Shown piece after piece: positions 1 to 13,036 of a DNA stretch of 64,000 bases. Source of the DNA: Octopus vulgaris (lineage: Eukaryota). Location: positions 29,140,001 through 29,204,000 of the forward strand of contig OX597821.1 in the NCBI GenBank assembly GCA_951406725.2, in the 5' to 3' direction. Every line of letters begins with the position of its first letter. Position 1 is the first letter of the stretch. A model generated the notes under the pieces. It saw only the letters and a program-made list of their open reading frames with translations, was not told the DNA's origin and searched no databases. A program made the position numbers and the translations under genes.

Positions 1-518
1 TAATAATGGTTCCAGTTTTTGACAGGGCCAGCAGTTTTTTTATATATATATTTTTTTTTAAGGGTTGGGGAAGACAATTACATTGACCTCAGTACTTGTG
101 TGATATTTATTATACTGACCCTGAAAATATGAGACAGTAAGTTGACCTAGGCAGAACTTGAACTTGGAACATAACGGTGTATAAAATGCCACTAATCACT
201 TTGTCTGGCATGCTAATTATTCTGCCAGCTTGCCACCTTGATGATAATAAAAACAAATCTTTCTAATATAAGCTCAAGGCCTGAAATTTAAGAGGTGGCT
301 GGGGTGGGGGTGGCTAATCGATTACATAGACCCAAGTGCTCAACTGGTGCTTATTTTATCGCCCTCAGAAGGATGAAAGGGAAAACTGGCTTCAGCGAAA
401 TTTGAACTCAGAATGTAAAGACGGATGAAATGTCACTAAGCATTTTGTCTGGCATGCTAAACAATTTTGCCAACTCACTGGTTTAATAATAATAATAATG
501 ATGATGATGATGATGATG

Positions 519-554
<36 letters not shown>

Positions 555-1960
555 TCATCATCATTTACCGTCCACTTTCCATGCTGGCATGGGTTAGACG
601 GTTTGACTAGAACTGGTAAGCTGGAGAGCTGCACCAAATTCCAGTCTGGTTTGGCATGGTTTCTACAGCTGGATGCCCTTCCTAACAATAATTATAATGA
701 TGATAATGATGATGATTTAAGTACAAGGCTGTGAATTGAGAAGGGAAGGGATAAGTTGTTATCACCCCTCATACTGGGATACTATTTTATTTTATCAATC
801 CCAGAGGGATGAAAGTTAAAGTCGACCCTGGTGTGAACTAAAGACAATGTAAGGCGCTACTACAAATATGGCAAGGCATTTTTACTGATGATCTAATGCT
901 TATGCTTCTCCACTGCCATGATAATGATGATGATGATGATGAAAATGATTCTAACACTTTCTAAGTATTTCTTACCTAGGACAATGATCAGAAATTCAAT
1001 GGGCAGGGATAAGTCAATAAATGTGGTCCTACATTATTTACATTGGACGGATATGTGTCCTCATCTTGTTTGTTGTTACCACAACATTTTAGCCGATTTA
1101 CTCTCCAGCCTTCATCAGATGTCCAGGTAAAATTTTGAACCCAACCCTGTGTTCTCAAAATTCCACCTGGACACCTGATGAAGGCTGGAGAATAAATCAG
1201 CTGAAACATCATGGCAACAACAAACAGGATGAGGACACATATTCGTCCAATGTAAATAATGTAAATAGTGTACAGAATTCCTCATTTCTAAAATATACAA
1301 CAGTAAGATGATCCTAATATTTGACTGATACTTATTTTATCAACCCTGAAAGACTGGATTTGAACACCAAACCTAAAGGGCCAGAACAAATATCATATGA
1401 TATTTTGTCCAATGCTCTAAAATTCTGTCAATCCACTGTAACAATAATAATTGTTTTTAACAAGTACACAAGACCTGAAATACTAAGGAAGGGGTTAGTC
1501 AATTATGCTGATCCTATTATTTGAATGGTACTTTATTTGACCCCACAAATCTGAAAGTAAGGTTGACCATGGCAGGTTTTGAATTCAGAACATAAAGAGC
1601 TGGAGGAATTATCACAAAGTATTTTATCCAAGACACTAATGCTTTCATTAATCCACCACCCTTCAGAAAAATAGTCCTTACTGCTATAAGAATAAGACCT
1701 GAAATTTTGTGAGAAAAATATATATTTCTTTACTGCCCACAAGGGGCTAAACATAGAGGAGACAAACAAGGACAGACGAAGGGATCGAGTCGATTATATC
1801 ACCCCCAGTGCGAAACTGGTACTTTATTTATCGACCCCAAAAGGATGAAAGGCAAAGTTGACCTATGCACAATTTTAACACAAAATGTAAAGATGGGTGA
1901 AAAGCTGCGGAGTATTTTGTCTGGTGAGCAAATGATTCTGCCAGCTAGCTGCTTTTATTA
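1..1960 (-). mobile_element. Cluster of ~6 same-orientation tRNA-derived SINE copies (family with 'gaggtcgactttgcctttcatcctttcggggtcgataaa' core, resembling Sauria/Meta-type domain) separated by (AAT)n/(GAT)n
   Basis: Repeated blocks 'actggtacttattttatcgaccccgaaaggatgaaaggcaaagtcgacc...gaatttgaactcagaa...ttctgccagct' at ~90-240, 340-480, 770-920, 1320-1435, 1525-1660, 1810-1950. Confidence 0.8.
1031..1298. mobile_element. Fold-back element with hammerhead-ribozyme-like motif in each arm (Penelope-like pLTR remnant) inserted in a SINE
   Basis: Inverted arms 1031-~1140 / ~1151-1263. Plus arm has CTGATGA(1175)-aggctg...cagct-GAAAC(1203); the minus arm carries a decayed mirror copy. Confidence 0.65.
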
Positions 1961-2135
1961 TAATAATAAAAAGAAGACAAGAAGTGAGAGAAGGAAAAGA
2001 CAGACACACACTTAATCACTTTGACTCTTTATTTTGAGAAGAGCAATTATTCAAAGACCAACAGAGAATCATGATTGTGATTATCATCACCATCTTTGAA
2101 TTTCTAAGACTCGATATTCACTTGGTCATGTATAC

Positions 2136-2284
2136 CTGTAGGTTGAAATTTGAATAACATATGGATATTTACAAAGCAGACATCTGATAAATAGGCTGGA
2201 AGTAGTGATAAAACTGGCAAAGATTATTACAGAGTCTGGTTGGCTGCTTTCTTAAAAATTTCATTCAGATTCCACATGTGCCAA
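2136..2284 (-). other. Candidate 149-nt non-coding/5'UTR exon of a gene continuing left of the window
   Basis: Acceptor tattttattttcgtttttattttTAG| and donor CAG|GTATAC bracket unique sequence between repeats; stops in all three frames near its start. Confidence 0.3.
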
Positions 2285-2329
2285 CTAAAAATAAAAACGA
2301 AAATAAAATAAGCCATTGGCTATTTGCCT

Positions 2330-2798
2330 TTAACCCTTTCTGCATTTAAACCAGCCATATCCGGCCCGAATACTTTGCTTATTTTATGTTCACACTGGCC
2401 AGATTTTGAACATAAAAAAAGAATAAACCTCACACACCTATCCTTCAATGTCATTCTGAAAATAAACAATCAGGCATGACTGTGTGGTAAGAAGATTATT
2501 TCCCAACCACATGGTTCTGGGTTCAGTCCCACTGTGTGGCACCTTAAGCAAGTGTGTTCTACTATAGCCTCAGGCTGACCAAAGCCTTGTGAGTGGATTT
2601 GGTAGATGGAAACTGAAAGAAGCCCATAATGTGTATATATATATATATATAGCAAATATATATATTGGTGGTATATATATATTGGCCTGCTTGCTTAGCC
2701 AGCGGGATGGCGTCATTCGAAGGGTAAAACAATGCGAACGCATTGTGACCAGCGATGTGCAACTACATCTGATGGACTGGTCGGTCACGTGATGGTGA

Positions 2799-2835
<37 letters not shown>

Positions 2836-3535
2836 GTTTCCATCTACCATTCTTCCCAAACCTTCTAGCAGTTCAAAACAACTGAATATTCTGAATATTC
2901 TTCAGCCAGTTGATAAACTCTACTACCTCAAATGTTCTTAAAATTTAAATCTACATCTTTGTCTATATATCTACCTTCTCTATAATGTGATCAATTGATA
3001 TGAAAATTATGTATTAATGGAAAACTTCTATTAATGGCTGTTGAGTGCTCAGCATTTTAAAACTGTTGTAATACTTACAACATTTAATAAAATGATGTAG
3101 CGTGAAACGATTGTACCAAATTACCGAAGTTATTCTTGTTGCTTATTTTGATTATATATATATATACATACACATATATGAATATATACATATGTGTGCA
3201 TGACTTTGTGTCTGTGTTTGTTACCCACATCATCAATTGACAACTGATATTGGTGTATTTACGGCCCCCATAACTTAGCAGCTTGGCAAAAGAGACTGAT
3301 AGAATAAGTACTAGGCTAACAAAGAATAAGTCTTGGGGTTGATTTCTTCAACTAAAAAAAGCCCTTTGAGGTGGTGCTCCAGCATGGCTGCAGTCAAGTA
3401 ACTGAAACAAGTACAAGAGTAAAAGTAATTACATCATCAAAATCTTGAAGCTGCAAGATAATGCATGGCCAATTCAAAAGAATGCGAATGAACTAGTATT
3501 ACATTTTACAGAATAATCTGAAAACTAAAGGGTTG
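2330..3535 (+). mobile_element. TTAA-CCCTT (piggyBac-type) MITE split by nested SINE insertions
   Basis: Starts ttaaccctttctgcatttaaaccagcc and ends ...tctgaaaactaaagggtt; homologous to the uninterrupted copy at 13621-13835; SINE pieces occupy ~2471-3425. Confidence 0.6.
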
Positions 3536-3549
3536 CGTTGCATATAGGT

Positions 3550-3956
3550 GTGCAGGCATGGCTGTGTGGTAAGAAGCTTTCATCCCAGCCACATGGTTCT
3601 GAGTTCAGTCCCACTGTGTGACATGTTGGCCATGTGTCTTCTACTATAGCTTCGTGCCAACCAAAGCCTTGTGAGTGGATTTGGTAGACAGAAACTGAAA
3701 GAAGCCTGTTGTGAATATATATATATGTATATATATTTGTGTGTTTGTCTTTGTGTCTGTGTTTGTCCTCCCACCATTGCTTGACAACTTATGTTGGTGT
3801 GTGTATGTCCTTGTAACTTAGCAGTTCAGCAAAAGGGACCGATAGAACAAGTACTAGGCTTACGAAGAATAAGTTCTGGGGTCGATTTCTAAAACCCTTC
3901 AACAGGGTGGTCCAGCATGGCTCCAGTCAAATGAGTAAAATGTGAAAAAGAATAAA
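3550..3956 (+). mobile_element. tRNA-derived SINE family A (head + 'ggcaccttgggcaagtg' CORE-like box + internal TA/TG microsatellite + tail)
   Basis: Matches copies at 4505-4930, 8897-9288, 18415-18780, 29485-29892 and 60505-60897. Confidence 0.85.
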
Positions 3957-4504
3957 AGGCTATCCAAAGACTGTGACACATCATTCATCTCTACTCCAAT
4001 TATCCTCCATATTTGTGTCCACTCCTCTTGATCCTGAATTAACCACTAGTCTCATTCTTTGACCTCCAGAACCTCAGACCTCCAGGGATTTATTTTCCCT
4101 TACTGGTAAAACTTGCAACTATTTGCGAGAGAAATGTTAACCCTATAGATTTTTCCAGTCGCAGGGGGCCTACAAAGGCCATAAGATCAGCCACTTCATC
4201 CAAACTAAACAAAATAATTCAAAGAGAAAAATTAATAATAAATAAAGATAATCATCATCATCTTAATCATCATTGTTTTAACATTATCTTGTTCATGCTT
4301 ATACACATTAGATAAAATGCATTCAGGCAGAAATTCTACAGCAGGATTCTATTCTTGTCACAAGCCCTCATCTATTTTCAAGCAGTTTGATATTTCCACC
4401 CTGCCCTGGGTCGCTTTTAAGCATGGAAATTGCTTATATACAAACATCAATGTGTGCATAATGGTCATGTTTCATCCATTCTTTTTTCTTTGTATACAAT
4501 TATA

Positions 4505-4666
4505 GGCATAGGAGTGGCTGTGTGGTAAGTAGCTTGCTTACCAACCACATGGTTCCGGGTTCAGTCCCACTGCGTGGCACCTTGGGCAAGTGTCTTCTGC
4601 TATAGCCTCGGGCCAACCAAAGCCTTGTGAGTGGATTTGGTAGACGGAAACTGAAAGAAGCCCGTC

Positions 4667-4711
<45 letters not shown>

Positions 4712-4930
4712 TGTGTGCGTGTATATGTTTATGTGTCTGTGTTTGCCCCCCTCTCCCAACATCGCTTGACAACCGATGCTGGTGTGTTTACGTCCCCATA
4801 ACTGAGCGGTTTGGCAAAAGAGACTGATAGAATAAGTACTAGGCTTACAAAGAATAAGTCCAGGGGTCGATTTCCTCGACTAAAGGCCGTGCTCCAGCAT
4901 GGCCACAGTCGAATGACTGAAACGACTAAA
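4505..4930 (+). mobile_element. tRNA-derived SINE family A, young full-length copy
   Basis: A-box-like tggctgtgtggt, B-box-like gggttcagtccc, CpG-rich and little decayed. Confidence 0.9.
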
Positions 4931-5589
4931 TGAATAAATGAATAAATAAATTAGTAGAAAATTAAAAGGACACACGCACTTACATACAGAGTACATGTAT
5001 ATGATGGCCTGCTTTCTAGATGGGTTGCCACTATCATTTCTATACAAGACAAAGTCAATGCAGAGAACTTTACCAAGTTGTGCTTCTTTGAAAGGGAGGG
5101 GAAGGAGAAGCAACCAATTTGTCATAGTATGTTTCCAAAGAATATTTTAATATACATACTGACATCTTTGATAAAAAAATTTCCCAGTTAGACATGCCAT
5201 GTGATGTTTCCAAACTCTGACTAAACTCAGGAGAGCTTATTAAAACAAATTTGTTATTTTAGGAAGAGTTGAATCAAATATCATTTAAAAAAATTTTTTC
5301 TAATATCCAAACAATTCTTCAAAAGTGGCCAATCTTCATGAATATCAAAAGAAGGATGAGGCTTGATAGTTTAAAAGTGATGATATGATTTTCCCCCAAG
5401 ATGAATTATTTACAACTTAAAAAGTTACATTATTCCAAGGTTTAAAATATTAACAAGACACCTGGGCATGATGGAATGCGAAAGACTATCAAATCTTATA
5501 TTTAGTTTACTAACAAACATGTGAAATGAAAATACAGATTTAAAGATACAAACATTTTTTATGAAATTTCAAATAAAATAAAAAGAAAT

Positions 5590-5675
5590 TATATATATAT
5601 GTACATATATACATACATATATATACATAAATATATACATATACATAGATTTATATACATATATATACATACATT

Positions 5676-5715
<40 letters not shown>

Positions 5716-5744
5716 CATACATACATACATATATATATACATAC

Positions 5745-5775
<31 letters not shown>

Positions 5776-5819
5776 CACATATATATACATATATACACAT
5801 AAAAATATATGCATATATT

Positions 5820-5875
<56 letters not shown>

Positions 5876-5922
5876 TATATGCATATATATACACATATAC
5901 ATATATATACACACACATATAA

Positions 5923-5957
<35 letters not shown>

Positions 5958-6060
5958 TATATATGTATATACATACACACACACACATATACATACACAC
6001 ACACATATATATGTATACACACACATATGCATACACACACACACACACACACATATATAT
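5590..6060. repeat. Compound (TA)n/(CA)n/(TACA)n microsatellite
   Basis: Directly visible; source of spurious YI/YM ORFs. Confidence 0.95.
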
Positions 6061-6844
6061 GAAAGATAGCAACATGTGATTAGCCCTCCGCAGATTATAG
6101 AGAATAGGAACAGAAACTTCTATTGGACTGGTTTTTATGGGCAGAAGCCGCTCATTGCAAGATTACAATCAAGAATTGTGTTGAAGTGGACAAAACATCA
6201 TAAAATATTAAGCCACCCTCTCTACCGACGCCAGCAGTGGTGAACAATGAAAGGACGGTCCACAGCAAGTGCTTCGTTTTCTCTCTCTCTCTCTGCCTCT
6301 CTGGCATAGCATAAAGTGAATCGATAACTAGGTAAGTTTATTATTATTTTTTCCTCCCCGCTTTTCTCAAACAGCCTTTCGAACCATTATTCTGATGCTG
6401 GTGTTAGTTCACATTATAGTTCTGTTTATGTGAATATTAACATGAAAAATGTCAGAGATAGTGCTTTTGAAGAATAGATAACATTTATCGCACCACATAG
6501 TCAGCTATTAAGCTGAATCACAACAACAACGTCTATAGCGTTATTATTATCATCATCAATAATAATAATAATAATAACAACAACAATATAAAATTTCACA
6601 ACAACAACGACAATGATGACGATGGATGATGATGATGATAACATTGATTTCTTATGCAGGCAAAAGCAAGGCACGTGTGGTAGAGGAGGTAGAAATGATT
6701 GATTGATCGATTAAATCGGACCTAGTACATTACTGATACTCTCTGTACTATTCCACCCCCCTCCTGTACATCCCTTCACCACCAAACACCACACCAGCAA
6801 ATGCATAAGACTGATTCTGATCTGATGATGGGGTACTAAGGTTA

Positions 6845-6879
6845 TATATATATATGATATATATGTATATATATAGATA

Positions 6880-6912
<33 letters not shown>

Positions 6913-6915
6913 GTG

Positions 6916-6956
<41 letters not shown>

Positions 6957-7323
6957 TTGTGTGTATATATGTGTTTGTGTATATATATATATATATATAA
7001 ACACAAACACATATATTCATATATATATACAAACATATATATACACATATACATATATATCATCATCACCATGGCGTAATGTCCATCTTGCATGGATATG
7101 CATACATCTATACACACACAATTTATATATATATATATATAGATATACATATATGAAAGAGAGAGAGAGAGAATGAGAGAGAGAGAGAAAGAGAGAGCTA
7201 GTTACATGCTGCTATTACTGCTATCTTGTCACTCTGATATCTCCTAACACAAAACAATCATCATGTAAATTTAAAGATGACGATGATGTAGCAGTAGTAG
7301 TAGTTGTAGTAGTAGTAGTAGTT

Positions 7324-7362
<39 letters not shown>

Positions 7363-7365
7363 ACA
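6845..7365. repeat. (TA)n/(TG)n, (GA)n and (GTA)n microsatellites
   Basis: Directly visible. Confidence 0.9.
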
Positions 7366-7753
7366 ACAACAACAACCCAATCAATATATAAAAATACATT
7401 TTTATTTGAAGTGAAGCATAAATTTATCATTTATGATAGCTGCATTTCACAATTAGAAATGACTCATATTTTTTTTTTTACCTAATTTGCTTATAATATT
7501 AATATATTTTGATTTATTTAGTTTTATATATATATATATATGTATACACACACACGCATACACACCACACACACATATACTTTATTAATAAGGCTGTATT
7601 TATGTGCTTATTCTGGCATATATATAATATATATATATATATATATACACACACATATATATATATATATATATATTTCAAAAAGATAGTTTAGTTTTAA
7701 AAACTTTCTACATTTAAACAATTTTTATACAGTTCTATCACATGCATATATAC

Positions 7754-7789
<36 letters not shown>

Positions 7790-7843
7790 AATAAACCACA
7801 TCTGATGACAATATTGTTGGGAATGCAGTATAATTAGTAAACG

Positions 7844-8093
7844 ATACAGGTATGGAGGCATACATACAAGACTAAGTTCCTGTGTCAACAATTCAATGAT
7901 TTTTGCAGGTCTTCAGCTGGTGCAAACCCATTCAACATAGCACCATCAATTGGTTACAAAACACAAGAAGCAAAATCACAGGCAAACTGATGGTTCTATG
8001 TGCACCAGGCTTGCACCAGCTAAGGGCTTGCAATGATCACTGAAATGTTGACTATAAACTTAAAGTTGCGAATGTAAGTCTCAACAACTGTAT
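7844..8093. repeat. Old imperfect inverted repeat (fold-back/MITE-like)
   Basis: gtcaacaattcaatgatttttgcaggtcttcagctggtgcaaacc pairs with ggcttgcaccagctaagggcttgcaatgatcactgaaatgttgac; the inner accatca/tgatggt also pair. Confidence 0.7.
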
Positions 8094-8122
8094 TATTTAA
8101 AACACATACACACACAAATATA

Positions 8123-8650
8123 TATGCAAAGTCTGATCAGTAGAGCTTTGAGATCATTGTGATGGTATATGGAATGAAGGTACTTGGTACAGATTGACCT
8201 TGAACATGATCATGTATGCACACTGAGATATAACGTTCTTACTGACTTCTGTTGTTTATTGGGAGTAAAGCGTGTCGAGTGTGGCTGTCTCAAAACAAAG
8301 ATTGGGTTGCAAGTGTGCAGCATCTTCTTTCGATGCTGTTGAGGAAGATGCAAACTTTTTGAAAATGGTCATAACAAGTGACAAATTGTAGATCTATGAT
8401 CATGACCCTGAAACTAAGGCTCAGTTTTCAACTGTGGAACACACAGAATATATTTCAAGATGTTGAGGAAATCCAGGTGAATATGATGAGACAGCTGCTT
8501 GCTCTCCCAAAAAGGAGTTCCAGGAATTCTTCAGTCAATGAAAATGATGCTGGATAAAGTGTGTAGCTTCAGACTTCTTCATAGGAGAATAAATACAAAA
8601 TTAATTGAGTTATAGTTGTACCAGTCCCAAATTTTTTATTAGACCTCATA
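8123..8650 (+). mobile_element. Internally deleted, decayed mariner transposon
   Basis: Translates EEDANFLKMVITSDKL*IYDHDPETKAQ (mariner ITGDETW..YDPETK) and FQDVEEIQ...*CWIKCV (C-terminal RWxKCV); degenerate TIRs with TA flanks. Confidence 0.8.
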
Positions 8651-8896
8651 TGTATACTATATTCTCTGTGGCTGGACATAGCCTCTTTTTAATTTGGCAA
8701 TCTCTAGGATATAGACATGCGTGCACGTACATACTCACACACATAGAAAGTCATTTTCTAGATAGCAATATTCAGCTATCACCTTGGAAATTTAGTCAAT
8801 GAAACGAAGCTTAGCACTTGGTTTTAAGTTGGGTAATAATTCTACATGTAACTTTTTGTTGAACTACTAGGTATATAGATGAAAACAATCCAATAC

Positions 8897-9288
8897 TCTT
8901 TTACTTGTTTCACTCATTTGACTGTAGCCATGCTGGAGCACCACCTTTAGTCGAGCAAAGTGACCCCAGGACTTATTCTTTGTAAGCCCAGTACTTATTC
9001 TATCGGTCTCTTTTGCCAAACCGCTAAGTTACGGGGACGTAAACACACCAGCGTCGGTTGTCAAGCAATGCTAGGGGGACAAACACAGACACACAAACAC
9101 ACACATACATATATATATATACATATATATAACAGGCTTCTTTCAGTTTCCGTCTACCAAATCCACTCACAAGGCATTGGTCGACCCGGGGCTATAGCAG
9201 AAGATATTTGCCCAAGATGCCACGCAGTGGGACTGAACTCGGAACCATGTGGCTGGTTAGCAAGCTTCTTACCACACAGCCACTCCTG
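8897..9288 (-). mobile_element. tRNA-derived SINE family A, full-length
   Basis: Reverse complement of 4505-4930. Confidence 0.9.
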
Positions 9289-9679
9289 TATCTATAGAAA
9301 GTCATCAACAAAAGAATCACAAACATCTCACACACATACATATAAAATGGGCTTCTCTTTATCAAATTTACTTATAATGAAAACTGACAAGTGAAAGCTG
9401 ACTAATGTCAATTTAGGATTGCCCAAGATGCCATACAGTAGAAATGAACCTGAAACCAGGTACTTATTTATAGTAAATGCACTTAATATTGCAGAGAATA
9501 AATATGAAAACATCAAATAATGTACTATCTTTTTGAAGAGTGTCCTCCTTGACATAACAACTCACTAATTCTCATGTTGCATACTAATATTTTATTAAAC
9601 TTACCAATCTATAAATTATATATTCACTTGGTAATTCTCTCACTTTTATCAGAACTTGATAACAAACATGACAAAAGTC

Positions 9680-9735
9680 TATGCTTTCCTGATGAGGTCA
9701 TAATAAGACCAAAATTTGTGAAGGTTTGTTTCCTT
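9680..9735 (+). ncRNA. Decayed minimal hammerhead-like motif (Penelope-type)
   Basis: CTGATGA(9689)-GGTC-ataataa-GACC-aAAA; GAAA lost by a CpG-type G>A change. Confidence 0.4.
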
Positions 9736-9894
9736 TACTTGCCAAAAAAATAAAATATAATACCAGTCATCGACTTATATCATTTCTTGCTCATTAAAAA
9801 AATCATCTCAGAAGGAAAAAAAGGACTGGTCATAGTGATTAGTGTAGAATCTAGGGTGGAGATGGACAAGACAAAGGGAGACAAGTGGAGTGGG

Positions 9895-10181
9895 TTGTGG
9901 AGGCACATGGCCTAGTGGTTAGAGCAGCGAACTCGCGGTCGAGGGATCGCAGGTTCGAATCTCAGACCGGGTGATGTGTGTGTTTATGAATGAAAACACC
10001 TAAGCTCCACGCGGCGAACTTCTGCTGACTCTTTCGCCACAACTTTCTCTCACTCTTTCCTCCTGCATCTTGCAGCTCACCTGCAATGTACCGGCGTCCC
10101 GTCCAGGTGGAGAACCTGTACGCCAAAAAAACCAGGAAATTGGCCCTTATGAGCCAGGCATGGCTCGAGAAGGAACAAACA
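9895..10181 (+). mobile_element. tRNA(Arg)-like SINE family B (octopus OR-type) with 14-bp TSD
   Basis: Head ggcctagtggttagagcagcg...ggttcgaatc, (AAC) tail; TSD acaagtggagtggg at 9881-9894 and 10182-10195; minus copy at 30640-30950. Confidence 0.9.
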
Positions 10182-10384
10182 ACAAGTGGAGTGGGAATAC
10201 CTGAGAACAGAAGCAGTGATAGTAACAGCAGATACTTATATTTAAGCAGAACATAAGTAGATGGGAATATAATTTTTATCTCTCTAAGCTTTGTGGTTAT
10301 TAGTCTGAGGTAGAGGTGTATTGAGTACAAGAAGTTATCCTAATTTTTTTAGAAATAAATCATTTAAACCCGCTACGATACATA

Positions 10385-10750
10385 TAGGTGCATGTCTGGC
10401 TGAGTCGTAAGAAGCTTGCTTCTCAACCACACAGTCCAGGGTTCAGTCCCACTGAGTGACACCTTGGGCAAGTGTTTTCGGCTATAGCCTTGGGCTGACC
10501 AAGGCCTTGAGTGGAATTGGTAAACGGAAACTGAAAGAAGCCTGTCATATATATATATATGTGCCGGTGGCACGTAAAAAGCACCCACTACACTCTCAGA
10601 GTGGTTGGTGTTAGGAAGGGCATCTAGCTGTAGAAACTCTGCCAGATCAAGACTGGAGCCTGGTGCAGCCATCTGGTTCGCCAGCCCTCAGTCAAAATCG
10701 TCCAACCCATGCTAGCATGGAAAGCGGATGTTAAATGATGATGATGATGA
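10385..10750 (+). mobile_element. SINE family A head joined to an alternative tail ending (GAT)n
   Basis: The tail 'ggcacgtaaaaagcacccactacactc...aggaagggcatc...gtccaacccatgctagcatggaaagcggatgttaaatgatgat' recurs at 17390-17585, 27180-27545, 28300-28430, 31090-31262 and (minus) 555-685. Confidence 0.8.
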
Positions 10751-11444
10751 TATATGTAAACATTGCAAGTGATGGACCCTTGCTGAAATTGCAGTACTAG
10801 AATGCATGATTGCATATAAAGCATTATACAGTTCCTGCAGTAGAAATGTTTTGGTCATTGTTATATATGCTGTAGAAAACTTTTTTTTTAAATGTTTTGG
10901 ATGTGAATAAAACCCCATTCTCCTATGTGTGTGTCTTTCTGTCTGTGTTTGTCTCTCCATCACTGCTTGTCAACAGGTGCTGATGGGTGTGTGTGTCCCT
11001 GTAACTTAGCGGTTCGGCAAAAGAGACCGATAGAATAAGTACCAAGCTTTAAATAACATAAATACTGAGGTTGATTCATTTGACTAAAAAAAATTCAAGG
11101 CAGTGCCCCAGCATGGCTGCAGTCTAATGACTGAAACAAGTAAAAAATAAAAGATATTTTAAATATATAAAAAAAAAAATTCAGTCAGAAATAGAATACG
11201 AGTCAGTGGTATTGTGTTAACAGTAAAAAAAAAAAAACCCGATTAATGACATGCAATGGTTTAATACTGTTTAATTACTTCTGTAATAATTTAATACATG
11301 AAGCATTAATCAATGCAAATATCTAAAGAGGCATATGCTGGTTGGTATTGTACAAGAAAATATGGAAAATAAACCACTGCACAAAATTTGCTTTTGCTTA
11401 ATTAATAATGCTTATTTTTATTTACCTATTTTATTATTATTATG

Positions 11445-11665
11445 AGCCGGCTGAGTTGTTAGCATGCTGGGCAAAATGCTTTGCGGTATTTCATCTATCT
11501 TCACGTTCTGAGTTTAAAAGTTAGCCTCCGCTGAGGTCAACTTTGCCTTTCATCCTTTCAGGGTTGATTAAAAAAAAAAATTAAGTACCAGTTGAGTACT
11601 GGGGACAATATAATCAACTAGCCCCCTCCCCCAAAATTTCAGGCCTTGAGCCTATAGTAGAAAGA

Positions 11666-11702
<37 letters not shown>
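11445..11702 (+). mobile_element. Meta/Sauria-like SINE full copy with (ATT)n tail
   Basis: Reverse complement of the copies at 1-1960; another copy at 63570-63822. Confidence 0.85.
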
Positions 11703-11704
<2 letters not shown>

Positions 11705-11867
11705 AATCTGGAGACAAGTTACATATAATGGAGTAAAAGAGTCTCATATAGTTGCAATAATCAAGGAAAATAAATTAGTGGTCCTTGAGTTTGTCATTAT
11801 GATTCATTCAATAATCTTATTTGGAAACAAATCATCACATCCTGATGAAGAAATATATATATATATC

Positions 11868-12172
11868 ATGTGATCACATGACCGACCAGACCATCAGATG
11901 TTGCTACACATCGCTGGTCACAATGCGTTCGCATTGTTTTTAGCCTTCGAATGACGCCACCCTGCTGGCTAAGCGAGCAGGCCAACAGAAGAAAGAGTGA
12001 GAGAAAGAGTGGTGAAAGAGTACAGCAGGGATCACCACACCCTGCCGGAGCCTCGTGGAGCTTTTAGGTGTTTTCGCTCAATAAACACACACAATGCCCG
12101 GTCTGGGAATTGAAACCACGATCCTGCGACCGCGAGTCCGCTGCCCTAACCACTGGGCCATTGCGCCTCCAC
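11868..12172 (-). mobile_element. tRNA(Arg)-like SINE, same head as family B with a different tail
   Basis: rc: gtggaggcgcaatggcccagtggttagggcagcggactcgcggtcg...; its tail matches the plus fragment at 2683-2800. Confidence 0.85.
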
Positions 12173-12350
12173 ACATATATATATATAAGAGTACCATATG
12201 AGTGAGATTGTTGCCTAAGCCAGAAATTGGCCTTCGTGCCGGTGGCATGTTAAGCACACCATTCGAGCGTGATCATTACCGCGTCACCTTACTAGCACTT
12301 ATGCTGGTGGTACGTGAAACATTTGAGTGAGGACATCGCCAATGCCGCTG

Positions 12351-12720
12351 TTTCTTTATTACCCACAAGGGGCTAAACACAGAGAAGACAAACAAGGACA
12401 AATGGATTAAGTCGATTATATTGATCCCAATGCATAACTGGTACTTACTTAATTGACTCCGAAAGGATGAAAGGCAAAGTCAACCTTGGTGGAATTTGAA
12501 CTCAGAACGTAGCAGCAGACGAAATACCTATTTCTTTACTACTTACAAGGGGCTAAACACAGAGGGGACAAACAAGGACAGACAAACGGATTAAGTCGAT
12601 TATATTGACCCCAGTGCATAACTGGTACTTACTTAATTGACTTCGAAAGGATGAAAGGCAAAGTCAACCTCGGTGGAATTTGAACTCAGAACACAGCTAA
12701 TGATTCTGCCAGCTTGCCGG
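12351..12720 (-). repeat. Tandem 180-bp duplication of a Meta-like SINE body
   Basis: 12351-12530 and 12531-~12693 are near-identical. Confidence 0.9.
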
Positions 12721-13001
12721 CTTCATGCAATTTCTGCTTATCAACTTCCCTCGCATAGCTACATCTGGCGCTGTAGTAGAAGATGCCGAAGGTGCTGTGT
12801 AGTAGGACTGAACCCAGAAACCATGTGGCTGTGAAGAGAACTTCTGTATTACACAGCTATGTATGTGATGGTACAAATCTTTTGATTCTCTTTCTTTATA
12901 CAAACATGCACGTTTTCATAGGTGTTATTTATATCATTCAGAAGGTGAATATATGTGAATGTACACATAAGAAATGTGCAACTGTATATAGATAAACACC
13001 A

Positions 13002-13036
<35 letters not shown>

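Noticed and set aside
5569-7176. Many YI/YM/VC-rich ORFs (also at 31.6-35.2, 41.1, 43.4-44.0, 45.8, 58.7-59.1 kb)
   Set aside because: Translations of (TA)n/(CA)n microsatellites, which lack stops; not genes.
8960-9394. Recurrent ORFs 'LLSVSVYQIHSQGFG..RCHAVGLNPEPCGW' in several places
   Set aside because: Antisense translations of SINE family A, not a protein family.
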